Below are positions 7,454-16,605 of a stretch of 64,000 nucleotides of DNA, piece after piece. Both the position numbers and the translations under genes were made by a program. Source of the stretch: a virus. The stretch is taken from positions 32,001-96,000 of IMG/VR virus record IMGVR_UViG_3300020203_000008, one strand, 5' to 3'. How positions within the stretch are numbered: position 1 is the stretch's first letter; each line of letters begins with the position of its first letter. The notes beneath the pieces were generated by a model that searched no databases, was not told where the DNA came from, and saw only the letters and a program-made list of their open reading frames with translations.

Positions 7454-8160
7454 TGCCAACAGGAGCGTGGGTTCAGGTCGGCAACACCGCTCAGGGCGGC
7501 TGTCGGGCTGGAGCTGCGGCACTCCACCGGTACCTCATTTATCGGTGGGGCGATGGTGTCGGCTCGTTTGGGTGCTATAACCCGAACAGCCGTGCCGGGT
7601 CTGGCTGGTCGCTGCACCGTGAAGGCCGCGCCATTGATGTGAGCGTTGCATCTTCGGTGAAGTACAAAGGCGACGAGATTTTCGCTTGGTGCATCGCTAA
7701 TGCAGACCACCTCGGGCTCCAGGAGATCCAGTGGTACGGGCGGATCTGGACATCAAGGAAAAGTTCTCAAGGCATTCGTACCGACACGAGCGCGGCCCGG
7801 AATCTTCATTTTGATCACGTACACGTCGGACTGGCCTACGGCTGGTCGTTCACCCCGCCCGGTGGTGGCGGCATCCCCGGTGGTGGCGGAACGCCTCCAC
7901 CTCAACAAGGAGTTGAAGATATGGCACAAGTACCGCAAGAGGAGTGGAACGAGATCAGGAACAAGGTGCGCGAGATCGATAACACGATGCACAATAACGT
8001 CTACGGCGTGGCGATGAAGACGAACTCCATCGAGACTCTCGCCATGACCCGCAAGATCCGTGACGCTATCTTTAATAATACCTTTGGTGTGGCGATGCAG
8101 AACATCACGATCGACACCTGGCAGAAGGTCGGAGCTATTTTCTCCCGAATTAAGGCTTGA
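7453..8160 (+). CDS. endolysin, M15-like Zn peptidase domain plus C-terminal repeat domain
   Basis: SLHREGRAIDV and HFDHVHV (LAS-type Zn peptidase), followed by a G/P linker. Confidence 0.75.
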   Translation: MPTGAWVQVGNTAQGGCRAGAAALHRYLIYRWGDGVGSFGCYNPNSRAGSGWSLHREGRAIDVSVASSVKYKGDEIFAWCIANADHLGLQEIQWYGRIWTSRKSSQGIRTDTSAARNLHFDHVHVGLAYGWSFTPPGGGGIPGGGGTPPPQQGVEDMAQVPQEEWNEIRNKVREIDNTMHNNVYGVAMKTNSIETLAMTRKIRDAIFNNTFGVAMQNITIDTWQKVGAIFSRIKA

Positions 8161-8230
8161 GTGGGCTAGAAACTGGAATCCTTCGAGATTACTGACGATA
8201 CCTTTTATACTAGGCCGAATTAGGAGAATA

Positions 8231-8425
8231 ATGAGTGAAGATGGTGGACGCCCACCCGCAACTAAGGGTTCCAAGATGCATGGTGGACTTATTCGTCGTG
8301 ATAAACGAGTCGAAAAGGACCGCAACGGGAACACGACTACTCAGCACTGGGACGGACGTAAAGATGTTCATATCAAGGCTAATCCGGCCAACGTCAAGTT
8401 GGCCGTTCAGAACCCAGGAGAATAA
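8231..8425 (+). CDS. hypothetical protein
   Basis: AGGAG RBS then ATG 8231 in the frame of ORF 8060..8425. Confidence 0.6.
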   Translation: MSEDGGRPPATKGSKMHGGLIRRDKRVEKDRNGNTTTQHWDGRKDVHIKANPANVKLAVQNPGE

Positions 8426-8428
8426 CTA

Positions 8429-8866
8429 ATGGCATTTGGTACCTCTGGACTATATGTAGCTAACTGGATCGATATTATCGATGCTACACAGTTGGCAATT
8501 AATCTTGTGGGTGACACTGTTAAGTGCGCTATGTACACTGATACACTCACACCCAACTTTTCGAGTAACACTATCTACTCGGCCACCAATGAGGTCTCCG
8601 GTGCCGGTTATACCGCTGGTGGCGCTACCCTCGCTTCGAAGACGGTCACTGAATCACCTACCGGTACCCTCATGTTTGATGCAGCCGATGTTGCGTTTGC
8701 GGCATCTACAATCACGGCTGCTCGTGGAGCGATCGTCTATGACACGACGGTCTCTAACTCGCTGATTGTTGCCATCACCTTCGGTGGCGACTTTTCAACC
8801 ACTGCGGGTACGTTCACCATTCAGTGGAGTGCGCTAGGTATATTTACGATAGATCTCACGCCCTGA
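8429..8866 (+). CDS. putative virion structural protein (Thr/Ala-rich beta protein)
   Basis: NEVSGAGYTAGGATL...FDAADV...GTFTIQW pattern seen in phage structural proteins; strong RBS. Confidence 0.65.
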   Translation: MAFGTSGLYVANWIDIIDATQLAINLVGDTVKCAMYTDTLTPNFSSNTIYSATNEVSGAGYTAGGATLASKTVTESPTGTLMFDAADVAFAASTITAARGAIVYDTTVSNSLIVAITFGGDFSTTAGTFTIQWSALGIFTIDLTP

Positions 8867-8870
8867 TCTG

Positions 8871-9443
8871 ATGGCTCGCTATATGCTGGCCCGCGAGGGT
8901 ATCCAGCCAAATCATGGCGAGATGCGTGGTCCTATCGCTCCAGTCAACGACCCGAACTACCCGAAGGGCGGCACGCTCGGGTACGGCAAGCCGGGTGAGT
9001 TCGCGCAGTGGAAGGTGATTCATGACGCTGGTGCTGCGTTCGTAGTGTGGGTGTCTGGTAGCGACGAGTGGGAGACCGGCTACGTAGACACGTTAGCTGA
9101 GTCCGTTTCTGCTGAGACTTTCGATGTGTTCCTGGTCAAGCTTGCTGAAAGCGTTTTGTTGGTTGACGGTTCCGTCAGGGCCAGGCTGGCCGCAACAGTG
9201 TTGGATTCCCTTCGCTTGGATCCCATGGCCGTGGTGGCTGCCCCAATGAACAGCACTGATGAGTCGTTCATCAAGGAAGGCGCGGTCACTGCGCCGGAGA
9301 ATCCAGCCTCAGAGATACTCCATGAGGCTGGGAGCACAGCGAAGGGTGGCTTGGTGGTTCGGTTCCCCGACGCTGGTGAGATCGCATCTCAAAAGCTTGA
9401 TCCCTCTGTGTTGGATCTAGCAGCCTTGGGAATAGAGCCTTAA
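8871..9443 (+). CDS. hypothetical protein
   Basis: 190-aa ORF in operon. Confidence 0.65.
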   Translation: MARYMLAREGIQPNHGEMRGPIAPVNDPNYPKGGTLGYGKPGEFAQWKVIHDAGAAFVVWVSGSDEWETGYVDTLAESVSAETFDVFLVKLAESVLLVDGSVRARLAATVLDSLRLDPMAVVAAPMNSTDESFIKEGAVTAPENPASEILHEAGSTAKGGLVVRFPDAGEIASQKLDPSVLDLAALGIEP

Positions 9444-10102
9444 TGTATATTCAAAGAGATAGCTGGACTGGTGCTAGTCCTAGCTGGAATACCGGCTGGA
9501 CAATGACCACTGTCAGTGGAGTGGCAGTCACATTTAGTGCTCCAGGTTCAACGGGTAGAATGCGCCAGCCAACCACATCAGCGACGAATTCTTGGGCTCA
9601 CGCTAACGCTGATATCAACATCCAAGATGGGGAAATATTTGCAGTCTTCAACTCAGTCGTTACTGGCACGACTGCTCCCCTTTTGGAGTTTGCTGCTAGA
9701 TGGGATGGGAACGCTCTTGGTTCAGCTAACTGTTACCTGTTCCAAGTATGGCCCGCAGTCTTCATAGGTAAAATCAACATCTCCAAATATGTGGGTGGAG
9801 TCAATACGGTTCTTGTTGCTGGCTTGCAGTCCGGCATGACTTTACCGTTTAATGTCAAAGTCCAGTGTATTGGTTCTACAATCAGAGCTAAATCATGGAA
9901 TGGTGCAGAACCAGCCTGGGGAACGAATACTAGTTCCGTGACTGACTCTTCCATAACTGGTGGTGGACGGTGGGCAGTGGGGGCCAACATGACTTCGACC
10001 ACCGCTGGCACATCAATCGATATTGCGGACAACTGGGTCGATAACTTTTTACCGGCCCAAGAAGTCAATTATCAGTCAAAAAGATCACTAATCACGAGGT
10101 AG
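9443..10102 (+). CDS. putative virion protein with lectin/beta-sandwich-like fold
   Basis: Trp/Thr-rich; GSTIRAKSWNGAEPAW...VTDSSITGGG pattern of phage tail ConA-like domains. Confidence 0.55.
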   Translation: MYIQRDSWTGASPSWNTGWTMTTVSGVAVTFSAPGSTGRMRQPTTSATNSWAHANADINIQDGEIFAVFNSVVTGTTAPLLEFAARWDGNALGSANCYLFQVWPAVFIGKINISKYVGGVNTVLVAGLQSGMTLPFNVKVQCIGSTIRAKSWNGAEPAWGTNTSSVTDSSITGGGRWAVGANMTSTTAGTSIDIADNWVDNFLPAQEVNYQSKRSLITR

Positions 10103-10106
10103 GCAG

Positions 10107-10577
10107 ATGGCATCATCTAAAGCAGGACCATTCTCGGTAATTATGAACAACGTTGCTGTGACTGGAGCGATCACGCTTATCCAGGTTAAGGCTGGAGCGG
10201 CTTCTACTGTAGAGGTACTCAAGGCTTGGGTTTCGCAGGGTTCTTCTACGGTATCTACTCAGCAGAGAATTCAGATTAACAGGAAGTCTGGTACGGCTAC
10301 CGTTACCTCAGCTACTCCAGCGGCTCTAACTGGTGGAACCACTGCTGACGCTGTTGGTGGCACGTCAGCTACAGGAACGAACGCTTCCGCTGAGGGTACC
10401 GACTCAACGGTGCTGATCAACGATGTCTTTAACATCCTGAATGGTTGGCTATATGTGCCAATCCCAGAGGAGCGAATCACTATTCCACCTGGTGGATTCC
10501 TCGGCTTGAAGTTTCCTACTGCTCCTGGTAGCTCAACTACCTACACCGCTGGGATTATTTTCCAAGAACTGGGTTGA
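10107..10577 (+). CDS. putative virion structural protein
   Basis: Thr/Ala/Gly-rich 156 aa in structural operon. Confidence 0.6.
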   Translation: MASSKAGPFSVIMNNVAVTGAITLIQVKAGAASTVEVLKAWVSQGSSTVSTQQRIQINRKSGTATVTSATPAALTGGTTADAVGGTSATGTNASAEGTDSTVLINDVFNILNGWLYVPIPEERITIPPGGFLGLKFPTAPGSSTTYTAGIIFQELG

Positions 10578-10580
10578 GTC

Positions 10581-11684
10581 ATGGCGCTTAACTGGGTTTA
10601 TAGGTTACCGCCTCAAGGTAATGTTCAGCCACAGGTCAGATCGGGTCAGCCGGGTATAGTCCCGGTTTTACTTCTTGACGCCACCGTTATACCTGCCGCT
10701 GTCACCGCTATATCAGCGGTTCCTGCCCCTGTAATTACAGCTAGTGCCACAGTCACACCAACGACAGTTGTATCTGTAGTCGCGGTTAATGCTCCTACGA
10801 TTACGGCTACCGCAACGGTCACGCCTGTCGCTGTCACCGCTATATCAGCGGTTCCTGCCCCTGTAATTACAGCTAGTGCCACAGTCACACCAACGACAGT
10901 TGTTGCTATATCAGCGATTCCTGCTCCGACTATTCAGACCGGCATAACGATCGCTCTAAGCGTGGTGGTAGCTACCGCTGCGGTTCCTGCCCCGACGATT
11001 ACGGCTACAGCTAATGCACCACCGGATGCTGTGGTTGCCACAACTACTGTTAATGCTCCAACGATTACAGCAAACGCAACCGTAACTCCATCGACAGTGG
11101 TGGCTATAGCGACAGTGGATTCTCCTGCTGTCCAGACTGCCGGGAACGCCACGGCGCTTCCATCTACTGTTCAAGCAATCGTCTCAGCCGATGCTCCAAC
11201 AGTCACTGCATCGGCGGCTACAACGCCGTTTGGAGTGACTGTGATAGTGGCAGTAGATGCCGCTATCATCACTACCAGCGCTACTGTTACTCCTTCTATA
11301 GTTGCAGTAATAGCTACTGTTGGATCTTCGGTTGTTATAACTGGAGGAGATGCTGCTGTATCTCCACCTACAGTCGCTGGGGTCGCCGCAATTAACGCTC
11401 CGACTGTTTTAACAGCAGTTATAGCGCCGCCAACCACTGTAGCGGCTATAGCGTCTGTTGGCTCACCTGAAATTCAAGTAGGTGTGGCTGTAGCCGTATC
11501 CACTGTTGCGGCAGTAGCGAGCATACCTACCGTTACAGTATCTACTGCTCTTCCTGCCCCAGAGACCTTTGGTCCGACTAGAGCAATTCTGGTCGATAGC
11601 GGGCTAACGTTTGCTATAGCTGAATCTAGCGGGCTAACGTTTGCTATAGTTGAATCCAGTTTGTCTAATGTCGTTGTATTGTAA
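10581..11684 (+). CDS. Thr/Val/Ala/Pro-rich tandem-repeat protein (~22-aa repeats), putative virion fibre
   Basis: Repeats such as ATVTPTTVVAISAVPAPTIT through most of the protein. Confidence 0.75.
   Translation: MALNWVYRLPPQGNVQPQVRSGQPGIVPVLLLDATVIPAAVTAISAVPAPVITASATVTPTTVVSVVAVNAPTITATATVTPVAVTAISAVPAPVITASATVTPTTVVAISAIPAPTIQTGITIALSVVVATAAVPAPTITATANAPPDAVVATTTVNAPTITANATVTPSTVVAIATVDSPAVQTAGNATALPSTVQAIVSADAPTVTASAATTPFGVTVIVAVDAAIITTSATVTPSIVAVIATVGSSVVITGGDAAVSPPTVAGVAAINAPTVLTAVIAPPTTVAAIASVGSPEIQVGVAVAVSTVAAVASIPTVTVSTALPAPETFGPTRAILVDSGLTFAIAESSGLTFAIVESSLSNVVVL
10697..10903 (+). repeat. 75-bp exact direct repeat (10697-10771 and 10829-10903)
   Basis: Identical copies offset by 132 nt (two 22-codon units). 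Confidence 0.85.
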
Positions 11685-11708
11685 GGTCTCTTAATAGATA
11701 GGATTGTC

Positions 11709-12047
11709 ATGGCTACTGATTTTACAATAAAAGAAGGGGATAGGCTTCCCGAAATAATCTGCAATCTGCAAGATGCAATCGGAAACAAGGTCCCTTTAAC
11801 TGGAGCAACTGTGAGGTTTATCCTTGTGGATAAAGGTACGGGGACGGTGAAAGTGAATGCGGCAGCCACTATTGTTAATGCTCTCAATGGTCAGGTTAAA
11901 TATTCTTGGGCTACCGGGGATACTGACACTTCGGGAAGCTACAGTGCTGAGTGGGAAGTTACCTTTGGGGACGGTCGTAGCGAGACGTTTCCAAACTTCA
12001 AGAACCTTAATGTGAAGGTATTCAAGGACCTCGGCGGGATCATTTAA
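11709..12047 (+). CDS. BppU-N-like (baseplate upper/Ig-like) virion protein
   Basis: IKEGDRLP...LTGATVRF...GQVKYSW...DT..SGSY.AEWEVTF..G..ETFP pattern. Confidence 0.65.
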   Translation: MATDFTIKEGDRLPEIICNLQDAIGNKVPLTGATVRFILVDKGTGTVKVNAAATIVNALNGQVKYSWATGDTDTSGSYSAEWEVTFGDGRSETFPNFKNLNVKVFKDLGGII

Positions 12048-12134
12048 GACATGAAGAAGGGGCCAGACCGAAGCCTGACCCCCTCACGTTGCTTTCCCTG
12101 TGGTGTAGCAGTTTGCTGCACCAATCGTAACAGC

Positions 12135-12737
12135 CTAGCAGGCCGACCAGTGAGAACAACCGTTTCCGTTGTTCCAGAGTTCAGTGGCCCACTGATCTTG
12201 CACTTCCTCGGGAGCATCGGCCGCGTTGTTGTACCCGCCGTAGCCTCCCCAGGTTCCAGGCATAGCCTGGTATTTTCCGCTGGCTCCCGAACCTTGATGG
12301 TTGTAGACGGTCGGGTCACCGCCTGATTCGCGCTCGCAGATGTACTGAGGGATAGCACAAGGAGTTCCTGTACCGTCCCATTCTGCTGCTGACCTAACTT
12401 GAGTGAGAACCTGACCTTGGCGAAGAAGCTCTACTTCTTGCGCTTGGAGTCGGGCAAGCTCTGCCTCATACTCTGCTTGGGCTCGTGCAGCCTCAGCAGT
12501 TACATATCTTACGATGTTCTCGTAGACGATCTCAAGACCCTCTAGCGATGAACCAGGGACCCCTGCTTGCGGGTTCCCTGTTTGAGTTTTGATTTCAATG
12601 GGAGCCCTCTTCTTTTCGACTGCCCCCGATGGTGTTATTGCTGCAAATCCAAGTGCTGCCACTGGAATTGCAATTACCGGAATGAGGAAATTGCGTAGGT
12701 TTCTCAGGATTTTGCTCCTTGTTGGCCAATAAAACAA
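12135..12737 (-). CDS. Rpf-like (resuscitation-promoting factor) transglycosylase with N-terminal signal/TM anchor
   Basis: CERESGG, ASGKYQ...TW, A.DAPEEVQD, HWSAC; N-terminal basic-hydrophobic signal and coiled-coil stalk. Confidence 0.85.
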   Translation of the reverse strand: MFYWPTRSKILRNLRNFLIPVIAIPVAALGFAAITPSGAVEKKRAPIEIKTQTGNPQAGVPGSSLEGLEIVYENIVRYVTAEAARAQAEYEAELARLQAQEVELLRQGQVLTQVRSAAEWDGTGTPCAIPQYICERESGGDPTVYNHQGSGASGKYQAMPGTWGGYGGYNNAADAPEEVQDQWATELWNNGNGCSHWSAC

Positions 12738-12794
12738 ACGACCCGCCTAAGCGGATCGTTGATACCATACGGAGTCTCACCGTAAGATCCGTAC

Positions 12795-12823
12795 ACTATA
12801 CTGGATTGCCTCTTGCAATGCAA
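12795..12823 (-). promoter_or_regulatory. SigA-like promoter for the Rpf-like gene
   Basis: Minus strand TTGCAT-N17-TATAGT; a divergent TGn-TAGAAT lies on the plus strand at 12828-12836. Confidence 0.55.
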
Positions 12824-12871
12824 CCCCTGATAGAATAAGATCTACTCTCGACCGTATCTTAAGGAGAAAAC

Positions 12872-13225
12872 GTGGATTTCATTATGCCCGATGAGCAACC
12901 GGACGGACTGCCCGAAGATGTACCCGAAGAAAAACTGAAGGAACTAGCTGACGTTCTCAGCGATAAGTCTCGCAAGATTGGCCTATACTCTCTAGGTGTG
13001 GGGTTCATCGAAGATCCTGACTCCGAAGAAGGTGAGCCTTCCCAGCATACCTTGGTTATGCAGTATCAGATTGGTGATATAGCTTTCTCTCCTAGGGTTC
13101 AGGATCCAGAGACTGATCAGATGAATGACGAGTTCAGAAAGATTGCTACTGCTACGATCGATGACGATGTAGAGGAAATCAAGAAGCGTTACCTCAAGAA
13201 TCCAGATATAGAGGACGAAGAATAA
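12872..13225 (+). CDS. acidic hypothetical protein
   Basis: AAGGAG RBS, 117 aa. Confidence 0.7.
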   Translation: MDFIMPDEQPDGLPEDVPEEKLKELADVLSDKSRKIGLYSLGVGFIEDPDSEEGEPSQHTLVMQYQIGDIAFSPRVQDPETDQMNDEFRKIATATIDDDVEEIKKRYLKNPDIEDEE

Positions 13226-13226
13226 G

Positions 13227-13523
13227 ATGGTCGTAGAAGCGATAGTCGTCCCTAGGGACAAATTTCCGTTACGGCGGAAGACTTCGTGCTGCGGCAAGGA
13301 GGCAAAGCGTGGTGAATCGGTGCTTGTTGTGCCTTTTCGTCAAGGTGGTAACCTTAAGGGGCAAGTGATCCTTCACCGACGTTGCATCGCTCCGATCGTA
13401 GAAGAGATGCCTCTCGATGCTAGGGACTACGAAGCCAGGTTTAAGTCGCTCCAGCAGACCATTGAGTCTTCGGGTGAGGCTTTCCCGGACAAAAGGAAGG
13501 TGATGCGTCGTGGCACAGAATGA
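13227..13523 (+). CDS. hypothetical protein
   Basis: 98-aa ORF coupled to neighbours. Confidence 0.65.
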   Translation: MVVEAIVVPRDKFPLRRKTSCCGKEAKRGESVLVVPFRQGGNLKGQVILHRRCIAPIVEEMPLDARDYEARFKSLQQTIESSGEAFPDKRKVMRRGTE

Positions 13524-14145
13524 CCCTATTAATCCGATTGAAAATCACACATACTACAATATCTCCTTGAATGAGGCGCGAGAAGATATCGAAGAGATTG
13601 AGAAGTTGAGAGCCGAACTTCTTAAAACCATTAATAGCTCCAGTATGCAGATAACAACCTCAGCTTCGAAAGCCGAGAATAGTACCGTGAGCAATATTAC
13701 GGGTGGTACCTATACCTATCTGACTAGCGGTACTGGTATCAATACCATCGGTACTGGTCCCAATTATCAGTTAATGGGCACAAGTACAAGTACTAATCTC
13801 CAGTTCAATCCTTGTCTCTCTGGTCATTCCCTGACGGAAGATACTATTGAGTATGCTGATGGTCTTCTCGTTGGTTTCTGCGAGCATTGTTCTACGCGGG
13901 TAGAGCTTAAGAAGATTCCAGGCGGAATCTCAATGTTCCGTGTAAAGGCTCTTTTGGGTGGAGTGATGGGCCTAGAGGAAGATACCGAGGAACTTAATCT
14001 TGGCGACCTCCTGGGAGTTTTCGAGGAGCTTAACCGTGACCTCGATGAAGAAGAACGTGCTATGCGTCAGAAGCGCAAGATGATCGATCTTGCTACCCAA
14101 GTTCTTAATAATAAAGTGACTGACCGTGGAAAGACTGACGCTTAG
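13510..14145 (+). CDS. hypothetical protein
   Basis: 211-aa ORF with T/G-rich linker, CxxxH/CxxC and coiled coil. Confidence 0.65.
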   Translation: MAQNDPINPIENHTYYNISLNEAREDIEEIEKLRAELLKTINSSSMQITTSASKAENSTVSNITGGTYTYLTSGTGINTIGTGPNYQLMGTSTSTNLQFNPCLSGHSLTEDTIEYADGLLVGFCEHCSTRVELKKIPGGISMFRVKALLGGVMGLEEDTEELNLGDLLGVFEELNRDLDEEERAMRQKRKMIDLATQVLNNKVTDRGKTDA

Positions 14146-14506
14146 TTTCGAAGCGCCTAATGTTCCATTAAGCATCAATAAGGCCAACAAGATGCATTGG
14201 GCGGCTAAGAAACGGGCCATCGATCCCTGGCGTGATTCCGTGCGACAAGCATGGGAGAACGTTACGTTGAAGAACACAGTTAAAGGCCGTCCTTGTGAGG
14301 TTGAGATTCATCTCCCTTTTCGGACGAAACAACGTCGAGATCCCCACAACTATACTGGTACTAATGTCAAAGCAATTATCGATACATTAGTACGTTGTGG
14401 TGTTTGGCCTGATGACACTCCCGAATGGGTGCGTGTCATGGATCCCATCATTCTGATTGGCACGACAGAGTGTCAGGTGGTCCTGACGTTGAGGGCTGAA
14501 GAATGA
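14126..14506 (+). CDS. RusA-like Holliday junction resolvase/endonuclease
   Basis: PLSINK...RRDPHNY...KAIIDTLVRCGVWPDD matches the RusA-family pattern. Confidence 0.75.
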   Translation: MERLTLSFEAPNVPLSINKANKMHWAAKKRAIDPWRDSVRQAWENVTLKNTVKGRPCEVEIHLPFRTKQRRDPHNYTGTNVKAIIDTLVRCGVWPDDTPEWVRVMDPIILIGTTECQVVLTLRAEE

Positions 14507-15204
14507 GGATTATCGTAGGATGTCCTGTTCGAGATAGAGCTTGGGTCCTGCCTCACTGGTTCCAATACATCGAAGAAGCTTTTAGCGCAATCGGTGAAGA
14601 ACCCGAATATGCGTTTGTAATTGGGACTTGCACGGATAATAGTCTGGAAGTAATTCGAAACCACACGAGTAATAGGACTTGGATCTCTTCCCGATCTGAA
14701 GAACCACCGATTGACATGCAGTACCGTCAGTGGGGCGAAGACCGTTACGTTCAGATGACCGCCGCACGAAACGAACTGCTGTCATTAGTTCGACATGAGT
14801 CACCTGATCTTTTTCTAAGCATTGACTCAGATATTCTAATCAATCCCAACACCCTTCCACTACTCATCGAAGACCTCAATGAGTTCGATGCAGTAGGGGG
14901 CAAGCTTTATATGACTCCTGATGGAGTAGTGGCTCCCAGTTATGCTTTCTATCAAGCGATGGGTGGCTTAATTCGTCCAGATGCTGATGGGTTCTTTCAG
15001 ACTGAGATAATTATGGCCCTTAAGCTAATGACTCCCGCTGCTTATAACATTGATTATCAAACTCATAGTCAGGGTGAGGATATCGGTTTCTCAATTAATT
15101 GTCGTCAACATGGCCTAAGGCTAGGTTGGGATGGTCGTGTATGCAACAAGCATGTGATGCTTCCGGAGCAACTTACGCAGGTGGACCCACGATGCGGATA
15201 TTGA
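14503..15204 (+). CDS. glycosyltransferase (GT-A/GT2-like)
   Basis: IIVGCPVRDR, AARNELL, IDSD (DxD), GEDIGF. Confidence 0.8.
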   Translation: MRIIVGCPVRDRAWVLPHWFQYIEEAFSAIGEEPEYAFVIGTCTDNSLEVIRNHTSNRTWISSRSEEPPIDMQYRQWGEDRYVQMTAARNELLSLVRHESPDLFLSIDSDILINPNTLPLLIEDLNEFDAVGGKLYMTPDGVVAPSYAFYQAMGGLIRPDADGFFQTEIIMALKLMTPAAYNIDYQTHSQGEDIGFSINCRQHGLRLGWDGRVCNKHVMLPEQLTQVDPRCGY

Positions 15205-15968
15205 GCCCAGGTGTAGATGTTGTCGTTTGTAATTACCGGACTCCTGGAGATCTTGCAGCCTTCATAGATCATTACGATCCCGAGATCCCAAATACGCTTC
15301 ACGTATCAGACGTAGATCCGATCGAACCGTATCCAATCGAAGAGTCCCTGAACGTCCGGTACTTTTCCCACAACTTCAATCTTGGCTATGCCCGAGCGGT
15401 CAACTATGCCGTCGCCCGTGGGAACCGAGAGACTGTCGCCATTTTCAATGCAGACACCGAACTCCGACCCGGAGTCCTGGAGGACTTGGCTGAGCAGATC
15501 CAACTTAACGACGATTGGGGTGCGGTGGGTCCACGTCAGGTCGATGGCTACGGAAGAATCACACATGCTGGGATCTTTGGAACGCTGGAACAACCAGCCC
15601 ATCGAGGTTGGCAGTCATCTGATAACTTTGAATATGAGGACGTAAGAACTGATGCTGTGACCATCTCTGGTTCGGCTTACGTCATTCGGCGTGAAGTCTG
15701 GGAGGAGATGACGAATTGTCCTTTCTATAAGAGGACAGCGCCGGAAGCAGAAGGGGCCTTCCTCCCGACGAATCACTACTACGAGGAAACTTATTGCTCA
15801 TACCATTTGCACGCGCATGATTATAAAGTGGTTTATTACGGACCAGCGTGCATGATCCACCAATGGCATCGAGCTTCTCCTGTCGGCGGCTGGGCCGAAC
15901 AGCAGATGGCTGAATCTCAGGCGACCTTCCGTGCCGCCTGTGACCTACATGGTATTGCTCACAATTGA
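15192..15968 (+). CDS. glycosyltransferase family 2
   Basis: VVVCNY, NLGYARAVN, FNAD, SGS...IRREVW, YYEET. Confidence 0.88.
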   Translation: MRILSPGVDVVVCNYRTPGDLAAFIDHYDPEIPNTLHVSDVDPIEPYPIEESLNVRYFSHNFNLGYARAVNYAVARGNRETVAIFNADTELRPGVLEDLAEQIQLNDDWGAVGPRQVDGYGRITHAGIFGTLEQPAHRGWQSSDNFEYEDVRTDAVTISGSAYVIRREVWEEMTNCPFYKRTAPEAEGAFLPTNHYYEETYCSYHLHAHDYKVVYYGPACMIHQWHRASPVGGWAEQQMAESQATFRAACDLHGIAHN

Positions 15969-16210
15969 TGTCTCTCTCAGAGGACCAGAAGCAACAGTTC
16001 AGGGATGCTGTAGCCGTTGTGACCGCAGCCTTCAACGATGAAGTCTTGATGGACGAACTATTGGATGACCTAGAGGGTCGTCAGGTTGTTTATGGTCTCA
16101 TCGGAATCATCGGATCGTTACTGGCCTGGGTTCAACAGACCACTGGTGAACCACCTTCAAGAATTATTCAGTTCATGGCTTCTAGGTTGGAAGAAGTGGA
16201 AGAAGAGTAA
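15965..16210 (+). CDS. hypothetical protein
   Basis: 81-aa ORF coupled to upstream stop. Confidence 0.6.
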   Translation: MMSLSEDQKQQFRDAVAVVTAAFNDEVLMDELLDDLEGRQVVYGLIGIIGSLLAWVQQTTGEPPSRIIQFMASRLEEVEEE

Positions 16211-16321
16211 ACTTCGATTGAGACCTCGTCAGCGTCTATTTGACTATAATAGTTTACAGTTGTCAGTAAAGACGTAGTGTTTTGGGCGTTTTACGCCTTT
16301 CTTGGCGGGTCTAGATCTCCA

Positions 16322-16605
16322 TACAGCGCTCTGACCTGCTGAAACTCGTCAACCTTGAAACTATGAATTAAATGCCATGTTATGTGGCGAACCCTACAGC
16401 GTTCTGACCAGCACTTTAGCGACATGAGTGGATTGTGGGAGCCTAGAATCACGCGAAAGTGCTGGTCAGGGGTTTGCCATAGACGGGTCTATTAGTAGAG
16501 TTTATCGGTACGCATTCTTCCATCTCAACTGAACATCAGTTTTGTTGTCGAGTAAGTCCTGGTCAGGAGGCTGTAATTATGGGTGATCGTAAAAGTGCTG
16601 GTGAG
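16322..16605. repeat. cluster of five CTGACC(A/T)G-core repeats in both orientations
   Basis: Copies at 16322-16339, 16395-16417, 16456-16469 (inverted), 16559-16567 (inverted), 16592-16605 (inverted, one mismatch). Confidence 0.7.
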
